Source: Lachnospiraceae bacterium UBA1778 (GTDB taxonomy: Bacteria; Bacillota; Clostridia; Lachnospirales; Lachnospiraceae). From it: a stretch of DNA of 54,783 bases. The translations under genes were made by a program, and so were the position numbers. How positions within the stretch are numbered: position 1 is the first letter of the stretch; each line of letters starts with the position of its first letter. A model generated the notes under the pieces. It was not told where the DNA came from. It ran no database searches and saw only the letters and a program-made list of their open reading frames with translations. The stretch is from positions 9,064 to 63,846 of the forward strand of contig DCGM01000106.1 of NCBI GenBank assembly GCA_002315255.1. Direction: 5' to 3'. Of this stretch, positions 1-12,900 are shown piece after piece.

Positions 1-884
1 GCGCTGACATTGCCTGAAAGGATATCGCCCGCGGAGATTTCTTCCATCTCGCCGGCGCTTAAGCTGTAACGGATAAATGTAAAGCCGTCATCGCGTCTTA
101 CAAGATCGCTTCCGCTCTCCGCTTCCTGATTCCGGACCGAGTTTTCCGGGGATACAAGCGCTCCTGAGGTAGGCGGCGTGTACGGATCGGAAATCCCCTT
201 CTTCTCGCAGTAGATCTGATAACAGGCCTCTGCGAACGACGGAACCCGTGTTCCGTCTTCCAGCTCCATATCCCAGTAATAATGGCGGATATAGCCGTCT
301 GAGTCGGGAATCACATTGATATGGCCGACCGGGGCGAGTCCGGAGATCCGGCTGTCCGGGGTCAACAGCTTCGTCGCAAAGCGGTCGTTCTCATCGGAAG
401 CGAGGCCGTTGTCAGCGACATAAAGTTCGCCGGAAAGAAGGCCTTTTGACGAGAGAACGACGTTATCGGAGGCCGAAAGCGCTTTAATCAGCTGATTGTA
501 GTCGTCTCCGCTTTCGGAAAGCGTCATGCATAAGCCGATGACGGCCGGTGCTTTTTCCGGGTCCGCATTGAGGGCTTCTACCAGCTTCGCGAGAAAGTTT
601 TCATTTGAGCCGTACTCCTTGATGAGCGCCGAATCGCTTTCGCGGATGCCGATGATGATTACTTCGCCCTCATCCTTAGACGCATGCTGAAAAAGCCCGT
701 CTTCGAGGCTGTAGTCGACGAGACGTAATGCGCCGCTTCGCGCGAGAAGCACGCTTGGGAATGCGAGAAGCGCTGCCAGGGCCACGGTCAGAAGGAACGT
801 GATCACCGGCAGTTTTTTCCGCATGTTCCGGTATAGGGTTCTGATCTTCAGAAGCAGTGATCCGCTTCCTTTTCCTTTCTTCAT
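1..884 (-). CDS. CHASE2-like membrane sensor protein, N-terminal part only (gene continues beyond the left window edge)
   Basis: The frame is open from the ATG at 884-882 (AAGAGGT about 10 nt upstream) to base 1, so it is absent from the ORF track. The translation starts MKKGKGSGSLLLKIRTLYRNMRKKLPVITFLLTVALAALLAFPSVLLARSG (basic region plus one TM). It continues with an extracytoplasmic domain containing EVIIIGIRESD, APAVIGLCMTLSE and GHINVIPDSDGYIRHYYW. I associate this pattern with CHASE2 sensor domains (G..N...D.DG.(I/V)R hallmark). The output domain is outside the window. Confidence 0.5.
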   Translation of the reverse strand, partial: MKKGKGSGSLLLKIRTLYRNMRKKLPVITFLLTVALAALLAFPSVLLARSGALRLVDYSLEDGLFQHASKDEGEVIIIGIRESDSALIKEYGSNENFLAKLVEALNADPEKAPAVIGLCMTLSESGDDYNQLIKALSASDNVVLSSKGLLSGELYVADNGLASDENDRFATKLLTPDSRISGLAPVGHINVIPDSDGYIRHYYWDMELEDGTRVPSFAEACYQIYCEKKGISDPYTPPTSGALVSPENSVRNQEAESGSDLVRRDDGFTFIRYSLSAGEMEEISAGDILSGNVS

Positions 885-903
885 ATAAACTCTTACCTCT
901 TAG

Positions 904-941
904 AAAAAGTTCCGCAAGCGGGGGCCGGTCTCCCGGCCTCC
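904..941 (-). terminator. Weak candidate stem-loop/terminator after the giant gene
   Basis: On the minus strand, GGCCGG-GAGA-CCGGCC (938..923) is extendable by two GC pairs across one mismatch. A UUUUU run (908..904) follows 11 nt later. The U-tract is detached from the stem, so read-through into the CHASE2-like gene is plausible. Confidence 0.25.
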
Positions 942-944
942 CGT

Positions 945-3900
945 TTATTCCGCCTCCGTGCGGTTCGGATAGTTATTGCTGTCCTGAACCGGCTCGTAGT
1001 AGGTGCTGCGGTTTAAGTTAAAGATATAGCTGTCCTGAGCGACGTTGACGTTGTTAACGACAATGCAGCCCTCCAGACGGTAGTTTCCTGCCGGAAGCTC
1101 ATCTGACTTCACAGCAAGCGTCACATGGTTCTGGCCGTCGCCAGAGGACGTGACTGAGGAACGGTGTGCGTCGAGAATCTCGCTGACTGCCTTTAAGACG
1201 ATCGTCTGGTTCGTGTTCGTCCGCATGCTGACAGTCGACGTGGAGTTCGCCGCCATGATCGCATTGAGAAGCATCGCGCACTCTGCGCGCCAAGCATACT
1301 CGGCTTCTTCATCCGGCATGTTGATGTCAATCGCCGTGATCACATTGTCCTTAATGGAGACTGCGACTTCACCGACGCGCTGCTCATCCTTATAGAGCCA
1401 AGCGGTGAACGGCTGGTTCTCCGGACTGTTGTCATAGACCCACATCTTAAAGGACGCAAGGCCGTCTGACAGGTCGTCTTCGAAGTCGATTCCGTTCGGA
1501 TAAGACATCGTGACGCTGGCCATGCCGTTTGCCGACGGGGTGTACAGTTCGTACTGGCCGGTAGTCGTATTCTTCCGGTACAGACGGTACTGGACGGTCG
1601 TCGAGCTGTTGCCTTCGTTGATGTTACTGTAGCTGGCGTTCGAGGAGATCGTAAGCTTGTCCGTCTTCTTTAAGTCTTCCAGGTTCTTCGAAAGCTGGGT
1701 TTCCTCTGCCGTTAAGCGATAGCCGTAAATCGTTTCAGATTCCAATGAAATCGGAATCGTAAGGCTGGCTACCGGCGAGTTCGCGATATCGAGTCCGTCG
1801 AGCGAACGATAGACGTCGACATGCAGGAAGTAGGTTTCCGTCTCTTCGAAGCTGAAGTCGATCGCATTCGCGAAGTCAAACTTGATGTTGACGTTCGTCA
1901 GACTGGACTGTCCCTCCGGCACGTAGTTGTACATGAACTCATTGTTTGAATCATAGTACGGTACTTCGTATTCGGAGAAGATCGTGCCCATATGATATGA
2001 GCTTCCCTGGTTCTTAAAGAACGGGATACGGTCGAGCGTTTCCGTAGCAATCGGATACGTCAGATTTCCGTAATAGATGTCGGTACCGGTCGGGATATCG
2101 ACGGTATGGACGCCGCTTCTGTCGGTGGAGATACTGTAGACCACTTCCAGATACGGATAGGTGTTATTCATGACGTCGGTCCGGTAGACGTATTCAGACG
2201 GGATCTGGTCGATCAGGCTGACATTTACGATTAACGGCAATGTCTGCGAGAAGGAGTCGACCTTCGCATTCTGCTGAAGACTTAAGACACGGCGCTGTTT
2301 GATTTCGATCCACGGCTGCTTATCGGTAGAAGCCTTATGATCGAGGTAGTAGCTGTCGAAGCGGAACGTCGTTTCGCCGTCCGTATCCGGCATTACCTGC
2401 TCTCTCGGGTCCACGCCTGCGCAGACCTTGATATCCATCGCGCTTCCGAAATCGCCGGACTTCGTATGCGAATAGTTTACAACGAAGAGATACGACTGGA
2501 GGCCTGCGCGGTCATCCGTGACCGTCGTGTCGCCTTTACGGAATGCGTATGTCGTCTCACGGAGAGCGGAGGTTCCGTAATCGTCTACTCCGTCATGAAG
2601 CTGCAGGTTCGGCAGCTGATAGTTGACGGACGGGTCGGAAGCCAAGACGAAATCGCGGAGCGAAATCTTCGTCTGGATATTGCCCTCCCGTGCCGTATAC
2701 GTATAGGTTAAGCCGGTGCTGAGGTCAAGCATCATGATGACGGTTCCTTCCGGAATAGTGCTTAAGAAGCCCGGTCCGTACAGTTCGAAGTAGGTTTCGA
2801 CCTGAAGCGGAAGCGTCTTATAAACCGGATAAGCGTCAATGATGTTTTCGAGCGTTACGCCGCTTGCATTGACATAGGTCGCAACGCCGTCCGTTTCGGA
2901 GAGAAGGTATCCTGTCTCCCTCGTTCCGTCCATATGCTCAACCGTATAGATTTCAAGCTCGCGCCAGTTCTTACCGATCTTTATTCTTTCCGTCTTAATG
3001 ATCGGCTGTCCATCATTGTCATACGCGATACGGTCGATCGCATAGCGGTCGCACGAATAAGCCATTTCGACATATGCGGTGAAGGATGCGTCATCATTTA
3101 ACGGCAGACGGTCTGCATAAGAATAATAGCGGTATCCAAGTCCAGCGAGGAATAACGGCTGATCCGTATCGCCACCGGACGAATAGGTTGCAAGCGTGCT
3201 CTGGTCATAGAGGTGGTCGCCTTCGGTGATCCAGGTGCGCGAGGTGACATTGATCGTCAGGTCGACCTGTACCGGGACGGTAGTCGTCGTCGATAACGGC
3301 CAGTAATGGTCTTTGTCGTGACGTCTGTCGGAAAGGAGATACGTGATTTCAATCATGCTCCACGTATTGTTATCATCCGACTTCGCCATCGTGAAACCGG
3401 TCTGCTCACGCCAGGTCAGGTTGCCGGCGTACTTCGTCTGAATGCCGTCCTCCACGAGATACGACTTGTAAGAGATCTTACGGACATTCTGAAGTGTCGT
3501 ATCCGAGATCGAGGTCTCGTTCTCTTCCGCGTCGGTCTCCACCGTGAAGTGGCCGTTTCCGGTAATCGCTTCGTTCAATGCGGTGAAGTACTCTTCCAGG
3601 TTGAGGAGTCGCGTCTGCGCACTGTCATAGCGGAAGTAACGGAGCTTTCCTTCTTCCGTTTCCATGATGTGGCCGATTTCTTCCAGGCCTAAAACAGTAT
3701 CGGTCAGGATATCACGCGCTTCGAGCGTCTTATCAATGCCGACGCTCTCATAGATGCCGCCATCGGTCGGACGTGTCGTGACGCCCGGATCGAGGACGTT
3801 CCGGATATCCGTCACGCGGATAAAGCGGAAATCTGCGAGGCAGGTTCCTGCCATCACCTGATCGTCGAGACGAATCTCATCATCCCCCCAGAAGTACGCA

Positions 3901-6900
3901 GGGTCGAAGAGATCGCTTCTGTCGTCATAAACATTAATGCCGTAGAAGCCGCCGACTACATTCTCGCCAGGAGTTGCGTCTGTATAACCTAATACCGTTC
4001 CGGCATGTCCGGATTCTGCGCAGATCCGGTTGTCAGTTGCGATGATCTCCGTAAAGTTCAGCTGCATGATTTCCGGAATGCAGAGTGCTTCGGCGCTTCC
4101 GATCAATCCGCCTGCCTTATCTGCAATAATCTCGTTACCGGTGAATTCAGAATCGTCGAGCTGCCATAAATCATCCTGAACGTCGGAAGGATCCGTACCG
4201 TAGCCTGGATTCAGATAAACATATCCGATAAATCCGCCTGCGCTGTCGGTGTTACGATCGTAGGCTATAAAACCGATCTGGGATTCGATCAAAGCAATCT
4301 GATTTCCATAGAAGCCCGATGCATTGAACATACCGATGATGCCGCCGGTATAGTACGCGGTGATATCGGCATTCAGCACTAAAATGTCCGAAAGGACCGG
4401 GACCGGTTTCGCATCTTCTTCCGCATCGTCCGGATATTCGAGCGAGCCGCCCTGCGTCATGATGCCGATAAGACCGCCGGCGTATTCGGCAGCGATTCCG
4501 TGATCGCCATCGGAAGAAATCGCCGGGACATTTACCTGAACATTTGAGATATGCGTCATATTACCGTTCATCACGCCGATGAGGCCGCCGGCGATATCAT
4601 TGCAGATGATGGTCGGATAGACGCTCAGGTTCGAAATCGTATTATAGTCGGTTCCGTCCCAGGAAACAGATCCGAAGAGACCGTTTGCACGATAGTAAAA
4701 ATACGAATCTAACGGTTTCATGGAATAGGTGACAACGGCATTCTGACCGTCGAAGGAAGCTGTAAACTGGCGTCCGTTCGTCCGATACTCGTACGAGCTG
4801 CCGACAGACGTGCTGTCCGTGTCATATGCGCAGTATGCGCCGATTCCTTCGAATACATTCTTATAGCTGACCGTCAGGAACCGGTTCGTCGCGCTGTCGC
4901 GGACAGCTGCGTTCACAGTTCCGGTCAGATTATAGATTCCATTCTCCACAAGCTGATAGACCGTCTTCGAGGTCATCATCTTCGCGATCATCTCGCTGTT
5001 CACGTCTTCATCGGTTCCGATAAAGAACTGAAGCATAAACGGTACGCGGCCGACGGAGTAATCGTACGGGATGACAGCGCCTGCCGTAAGATTATCGCCG
5101 TGTCCTGTAGAACGGCCGAGGCCGTAGGACAGCGTTCCGTTATTGACTGCCAATGCGAGCAGCAGAAGTTCTTTGTTGTTATCAATGGTAAAGATGAAGT
5201 TTCCGTCATCGTCAGTCGTCGAATCGATATGCATTCCGAGGAGATCTGCCGCATAGAGGATATCCGTTCCGCAAACGAGCGGAAGCCGGCTGTTCGCAGT
5301 GCTGTACTCCATGGACGCCGCCGTATCGGTCGTCGTCGGACGGTTATTCATCATTTCATAAGCGCTCTCCGGCTCATCTTCAGGCTCATCTTCAGGCTCA
5401 TCGACAGTCACATCGGCACCAGGCTCCCTTGCATTCAGCACCATCTGATACTGCTCAAAGAGTTCACGGTTACGCTGTAACGTATCTTCAGAACCGTTCG
5501 AAAGGACCGGTTCTTCCGTCGGGGTTTCATCCGTCTCTTCGCTCGATGCTTCCGGTTCGGTTTCAGCTTCCGTAGCGTCTTCGGTTCCGTCTTCGGTTTC
5601 GTCCTCAGTTACGTCTTCGGTTTCGTCTTCGGTTCCGTCTTCCGTTCCGTCTTCGGTTTCGTCTTCCGTCGGCGTTTCAGCTTCCGGTTCGGTCTCCGGC
5701 TCGGTTTCCGGTTCCGGTTCCACGATGACTACATAATAGATTCCGCTGACCTTCTCACGGCTGACGCCGTCATCCGGTGCAACTGAAAGTGCCTTAAAGA
5801 GGATTGCATAAACACCTGCATCTTCAAAGACGACAGTGCCTGCGTTCGTGCCCATCGCGCAGTCCGTAAACTCAGAGAAGTCGCCGCCGTTTACCGCATA
5901 CGCATACTGGTACTTTTCAATGCCGGTCGCTGCTGAGAGTCCGCTGACGGTCAATGTGACCGGATCAAGCGTCTCCGCTGCGGAGCTTTCGGAAAGCGCC
6001 GGCGTATAGCCGTGGCCGTCCACATTAAAGTTTCCGGTGATGTAAGCTTCATCCGCCTGCATCAGGATTGCGCCGTTATAGACGACCGTCTTATAACGAA
6101 GCTCCTGCGCTTCATTTCCGAGCTGGTCAAGCGCGCTGATTTCGACTGTGCAAGCGCCGACGCTCTGCTTTAACGTGAAGCGTGCTGTTCCTGTGGTGGA
6201 AGTCACTTCAGGCGTTCCATTAATGGAAATGACTACACTTGCGACGCCCGCGCCGTCTTCCAGGCCGTTCGCGTCTTTCTTATCCGTCGAGGTGACTTCG
6301 AGAACGGTTGCCTTTTCGAAGAAGAGGCCGCCGGTCAGGATGTTCAAAAGATCCGCGATCGGTTCATCATTGACATCGTAGGTCTCCATCGTAAGGATCG
6401 GGCCTGCATTGTCTTTCTTAAAGGTGAATTCGACATAGGAGGAGCTGTAAACCTGCGCGCCGGTCTTCGCGTAGACGCGGTAGGTTCCCTCTTCCGTAAG
6501 GGTCGCGCTCGTCATGAAGTCATGAAGCGTGCCCTCCGCTCCTAAGCGGTATGCATATCCAATGATACCAGATAACGGTGTCGAATCTGTGTAAGAAGCA
6601 TAAATATCAAGCGAACTTCCGTCCGTCCAGTACGTGCCTTCCGATGCATAGCCGGCGTCGGAAAGGTCCAGCGTCGGAGCGCCCGGAACCGTATGGTCGA
6701 TCGTACCGATTTCTGCGATCGCATACGAATGGTTTCCGGCTTCATCCGTCACATTGAGACGGTAGCTTCCGTTTTCGTAAACGATGAAACTGAAGCTGTC
6801 ATCGCCGATCGTGACGGTCGCGTCAGAGAGCGTCCACGCTTCGTCTTCCAGCGTCTCAACGACTGCAGAAACGAGTTCTGCGCCGCTGATTCCATACGGA

Positions 6901-9900
6901 ATGCTGACCGTAAGGCTGTCAGAAACCCAGCCCGCGCGGCTCAGCGAGTGCGACTGTAAAACAGCGCCCTGCTTATCGATATTCGTGATAGAAAGTGTCT
7001 CGGAATATGTAGTGACGTTTCCGGCTTCATCCATCACCTTCACGACAATGTTCTGCGTATTCGCCGAGTACATCTCCGTATTCGCGGTCTTCCAGGTCGC
7101 GCCGCCGTCGAAGGAATATCCGGTGATCGGAGCGCCTTCGTAGGTTGCGTTAATGGTCAGGACGGCGTTCTGGTTCGTCCATTCGAGGGAAGCGGTAGAA
7201 TTGTCCACGCTGCCGATTGTCGGGCCGTCGCCGTCAATATTCGAGATCGTGACAGTCGTCGTAGCATCCGTAAGGTTCGCTTCGTCATGCGCCTTCAGCG
7301 TGATGACGTCGTTAGCGGAAACCGTAAAGGTATAGCGATATGTATCGGTCGTGCCGCTGACAAGCGTCGGATCCGAAAGCGTATACGCGCTGTCATCTGC
7401 GCCGATTGCCTGAACCGTGCGTGCAGCGACACCGCTGTCCTTCACGAAGAAGGTGACCGTGACGGTCTCGTTCGTCCAGTCAGTCGTCGACTTCGTAATC
7501 GCATAAGCGCCGGTCGTCAGGATCTGCGGTGCGACGAGGTCGATATTCCGGACATTAATCGGGTTCTGGGTGTATGCCGAAACATTGCCGGCATTATCCT
7601 TAACATAGACATAGATGCCGTCGCGGTTCGCCGAAACGGTCAATGTGTTTCCGGTGCCCCACTCGCTGTCGAGGATTCCATCCTCCGTCGAGGAGTTCGA
7701 GAACGCATACTGAGAAACGCCGGAAAGAGCGTCAGCCGCGCGGATCGTCAGGGTGACAGCCGATGCGGTGACATTTTCCTCGCTCCAGTCGATGCCGGTG
7801 ACTGCCGGATCGGTCTTATCGACATAAATCGACAGGATATCCGAAAGTACCGCATACTGAACAGTAAGCGGAGTCCCGTCATAGGAAGCGACAGAAGCCG
7901 CACGGAACTTATACTTACGGTTTCCGTCCGTCGTGATCATAAGCGAGCCGTTCGAGCCGGTTCCTGTGCAGGAAGCCCAGGTCGACCAGGTCGTCCCGTT
8001 ATCCGTCGAGTACGAATACTCATAATGATCGATTCCTGCGAAGGAAGAAGCGCCGGAGAGATAAACGATAACGTCCGTATTCGTCGGAGTGCCGAGCGTA
8101 TAAGCGGACTCGCTGTTATCGTCATTCTTCTTATAAGCGACTGCTTCTGCATTCGTAAGATCGATTTCTGCGATATTGCTGCTGATTCCGGAGTAAGCAT
8201 CACCGAAGCTGTTACCGACATTATCGATAGAGCTTACACGGATTTCCGCAGTGCCCGTCAATGCGAGCTGATACGGGATCACAAGCACGATGGAGGTCGT
8301 ACCGGTCGCTTCCGCAACCTTCGTGCCGTTGTCATAGACTTCGACCTTCGACTGCGTGATACCGGAGCCGTTATCGCCATCGTTTAAGGAGACCGTGAGG
8401 ACCGCCTTCCGGTTAAAGAAGAGGCCGCCGGTCAATGCGGACAGGAACGCAGACGTTCCGTCCGTGTTATAAATGTTGATTTCGGTCGTGTAGGACGGTT
8501 CTTCGGTATCGACATACGCTTTCGCGGTTTCGGTTCCGGAGGTGAGCCCTGCGCCGGTCTTAATGTAATAGTTCGGTGTAACTGTACCCGTTCCTGCATT
8601 TGCGGCAAGGGTTACGGTATCGCGATAAACGTTTCCCGTCTTCGTCGCCGGGATATCATTGATACCGTCGACAAACCGGTAAACGGTATAGCCTGAGCTC
8701 GATTCCGTATCAGTCAATGCGATTTCAAACGTCACCTGAGTGCCGTCATACCACGGGAATCCGTCGCCGTCCGTATAGACTGCATTGATTGCAGAAACAG
8801 ACGGATCAGAAGGCGTATGCGGGTCGACATTCGCCAGAATGCAAACCATCTGGGACGGCACTTCCGCGCCGGTCACGGCGATAAAGCAAAGGGTGCCGGA
8901 GAAGTTCTCGTCAAAGCCCGTCGCTGTGCCAAGCTCGCTCCAGGTGCTTCTGTCAAACGCCGGGACAGACTGTCCTGCCGGGACTGCCTTATAGTAGTAG
9001 CTGATGCCGCTGATCGGAGTCACACCCGGGACATAGCCAAAGGTTAATTCAGACGTCCAGGTGCCCGGTACATACAGATTTCCGTCCGCATCGAACACAT
9101 TCACATCAATCGTCGGGGTCGTCTTATCGATGTTCCGGATGAAAAGGGTCGCCGGATATGTCGTGATATTACCGGCCACATCTTTCACCGCAATAATGAT
9201 GTTTTCCGTATTCACGGTATAGCGCTTGCTCGGGCTGCTCTGCCAGCTCGCGCCGCCGTTAAAGGAGTACTCTTTAATCTGTGAAGCATCGTCTTCCGCA
9301 TCGACTGTGATGATCACGTCATCGCTCGTCCAGTCATCGCTCGAAGGCGTCCGGGAGATCTCGTTAATCGTCGGATCGACCTTATCGATGCTCATGACTG
9401 CACAAACGTTGTTATAGTATGTAACATTTCCTGCAGCATCCCTTACAGCAATATACAGAAGGGTGTTATTTTCCACCAGGAAACTGTTCCCACTCTGCCA
9501 GGTCGCACCGCCATCGAATGAGTATGCCTCCGATGCGAGTCCGACCTGATAGACGGTTCCGTCAGGCATCTCAGTGCCTTCATCATGCGCATCGACAGAA
9601 ACGATTACGGACTGGTTCGTCCAAGATTCATTATCATAATCATTTCCGTCAGCCGTCTTAAAGGAAATACCACCGATAACCGGATCGGTAAAGTCTAAGT
9701 TCGTGACCTCGAATGAAGTCGTTCCATGATTTCCTGCGAGATCCGTGACATCGACCGTGTAAACGCCGTTATATTCCACAAAGAGATCAATGATCCAGAT
9801 CTTATTATCACCGGTCAGCTGGGTAACATAATAGTCGGATATCTCCGTTTCTCCACAGATAATGTCAATATCACAGAGTTCTGATGTCGGTTCCTCTACT

Positions 9901-12900
9901 ATCAGACAGACATAATAGCCCGATTCCATCGGGACCATCATAGGAGTCGGTAGAGTCGTATAGTACGGGTCATCACGGTCGATGCAGATCGTGAAATCAA
10001 ACATCTCACCGAGATGATCTGCATGATCAAACGGACGGAAACGGATGTGCCTCTCGCCAGCCAACCAGAACGAATACTCATCGCCATTGAATCCTTCTGC
10101 ACATGACGAGAAATCAAAGTCGTCAGAATTGTAGGAAATGATTAATCCGCACCATCCGGATGCAAAGCCGAGATCATCGTTATCCCCTCCGTAGAAGATA
10201 AAGTTGATCCGATCCGCATTGACCCATGTGCCTTCCGCATAATCAGCTTCCACGCCGTCTTTTTTATATCTGACAGTAGCGATATCAGCATACGGTTCTT
10301 CGATATCAACACGAACATCCGTAACCGGATAATCGGCAAAATCATCTCGCGCGTTATCGCGGTAGCTGAGCGTGATGACACCGCCGACCTTATCATCTAT
10401 CGGAACGATGAAGGTCAGGTTCTCACCGTCGTCGCTGCTTAAGTAATCTTCAATCGACTCTGAAACGCTTCCGCCGGTTAAGAGCGGGTAAGAAATCGTG
10501 CTGTTTTCAAAATCGAATCCGCTTCCGCCGATCTCATTGATGGTAAATACCAGCGAGACCGATTCGCCAAAGAGGGTGATCTGATCCTCTGAATAAAAAC
10601 TATAATCAGCGCGTAATCCGTAATCCTTACTGATAAAGTCCCAATTGGTTACGTCCGGCGCATAAGCATCGTAGCAGATTTCATAAGAAATTGAACTCCC
10701 ATTTTCGCACTTTGAAAACGCAATGAAGGAATACTCTCCGCTTTCCGTAATCGTGATGGAAACCACACCGTTTTCGGCAGATACCGTTTCGTTAACTGTA
10801 CCATCAGAAGCCCAGTACATAACCCGGTCTAAGCTGCTTCGCGTATCATCGAACTGGAATGTCGCGACGATCGGGTTCGGAACCCAAACGCCCTCGTCAT
10901 AATGTTCACCATCAGAAGTGAAGGAATAGATCAGGTTGCCGGAATGAAGCTCGACTGTGAGATCCAGATAGGAGACCGGGCTCATAACGACTCCGCCGAA
11001 GGCTACCGCACGCGCATAGTAACGGTTCGTACCATCGAGGGGCGTTATTCCGCAATCCGGATCATACTCTTCCCACGTGATGTTATCGTAGGAATACTGA
11101 AGCGTCGTGATTTCTGCGCCTAACGTCTGCGTTTTGGCGAGTCTGATAATCGTAGCATTCTCATACCAGCCGTCGTACTCGTGGCCGTTAACAGTGATTT
11201 GCGGCGCGGTAATGCTCTTTAAGATATTGACATGCTTCGTCGTCGAAGCACCAGCGAGGTCCGAATTCGAAACTGCGCGGAACTCATAAACATACTGTCC
11301 CTGCGCCGTCACCGTGACGCCGTTCGCGCTCTCTTCATAATCTGTGAACTCATCCGAGCCTTTACGGTACTGGTATTTCTTAATGCCGGATAAGGAGAGA
11401 CCGCCGGAGGTCTTCATAAAGACATCCTGATAGGTCCATTCATCATCTGAATACTCCGTGCCTGCGGCAAAGCTGCTGCCGGTTCTCATGTCGACATCCG
11501 GAGATGACGGTGCCTTCGAGTCGAGGACGATATAACGGGTTTCTGAAACCCTATTAGCGACCATATCAGTTGCCATGAAGAGGATTTCTCCGTCAAACTG
11601 CGGATCAAGGCGGACTGCCGAAACCGCGCGGCCGTCCGTTGCATTTACCGTGCCGAAATGTACCTGTCCGTCAATACCCACATATTCCCAATACAGATAA
11701 TTCAGGTTCGGGTCCGTCGCGGTTTCATGGACTAAGATCGAACGGTTAAAGAACATTCCGCCTGTCAGGAATGCTAAAACGCCTGATAAAACATCATCAT
11801 TGATGAGTTCATACTGGACGCCCTCGAATACAGGTGCAGAATAGTCGACTTCAAAACCGGTCGAGGCCGAAACCTCGTTTCCGGACATATCGATCGCGTA
11901 GGCAGTGAATTCATAAACACCGTCTTCTGAACTTACGCCATCAAAGTCATGCGAATAAATGTAACGCTGCTCAGTGCTGTCAAAGACCACATCGAAGAAT
12001 TCATCTGGATCAAGCGTCACGGTCTCTTCTACGATTCCGTTCTCGCCGACCGTCTTCTTTACAACCGACGCAGTGATCGTCGGTTCTTCCGCAAAGTTCG
12101 CTTCTTCGACATAGATATAGAAGCGGTCCATATCGTTAGACAGCGCCTCTAACAGTTCCCTACTGTACGGCGTCGCTTCGAACGTGATATCCGGATACTT
12201 CGTATCGAGATAGAAGGAAAGCTCTTCGTTTGCGAAAATCAGCGGGAGCCCGTCCTCGTCGTCGAATGCGGAATAATACTCAATCGTATGATGTCCGTCC
12301 TCGAACTCATCGAAGACATACTCATAGACCTCTTCCTCGTTACTGAGGATATGGTCGACACCGTCAATGATAAAGTGGACATAGGTTACCGGGTCCTCGA
12401 GCGTCGCAATACGCTCCGGAAGCGTAACGGTGAAGGACGGAACTTCGCTAAACCAGTTTTCGTCCCACTCATCAACCACCTGATTGTTAACCGTGACCGT
12501 GACATCCGGAAGGGCTGGAGCGCTTTGCCAGACACACGCATGGATCGAGGTAATTAGCGTACGTCCGGAGACAGAATAATAGGTAACCGCATAAAAATTG
12601 TTCTTATCCCCACTCAGCTCCAAACCGACGGAAAGCGGCGGGTCAAACGTCTGGGTATAGGTTTTGTCGGTCAGCAGGTCATAGGTTTCGACCGTATAAT
12701 GATCGATTCCGGAGAACGCGGTCGCTTCCGGGAAGTTTATTAAAAGGGTCTCACACGTGTATGTGCCTTCCGTATACGTGCCGCCGCCGATAATAGGAGT
12801 AGCCGTCGGTGCATCAGCTGACGGGTCTAGCGCGTCGACTTTGACATGGATATAGGACAGCGGGCTCGTATGATGCTCATCCGAACCTAAGTAGAAATAT

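Noticed and set aside
7287-8387. 366-aa + strand ORF, with many similar + strand ORFs inside the giant gene (e.g. 19494..20597, 13965..14564, 18705..19253, 26412..26930)
   Set aside because: All lie antisense to the 31-kb minus-strand ORF. They are Arg/Ile/Asp-rich with no RBS, signal or domain motifs, which is the typical open antisense frame of a long, codon-biased coding region.
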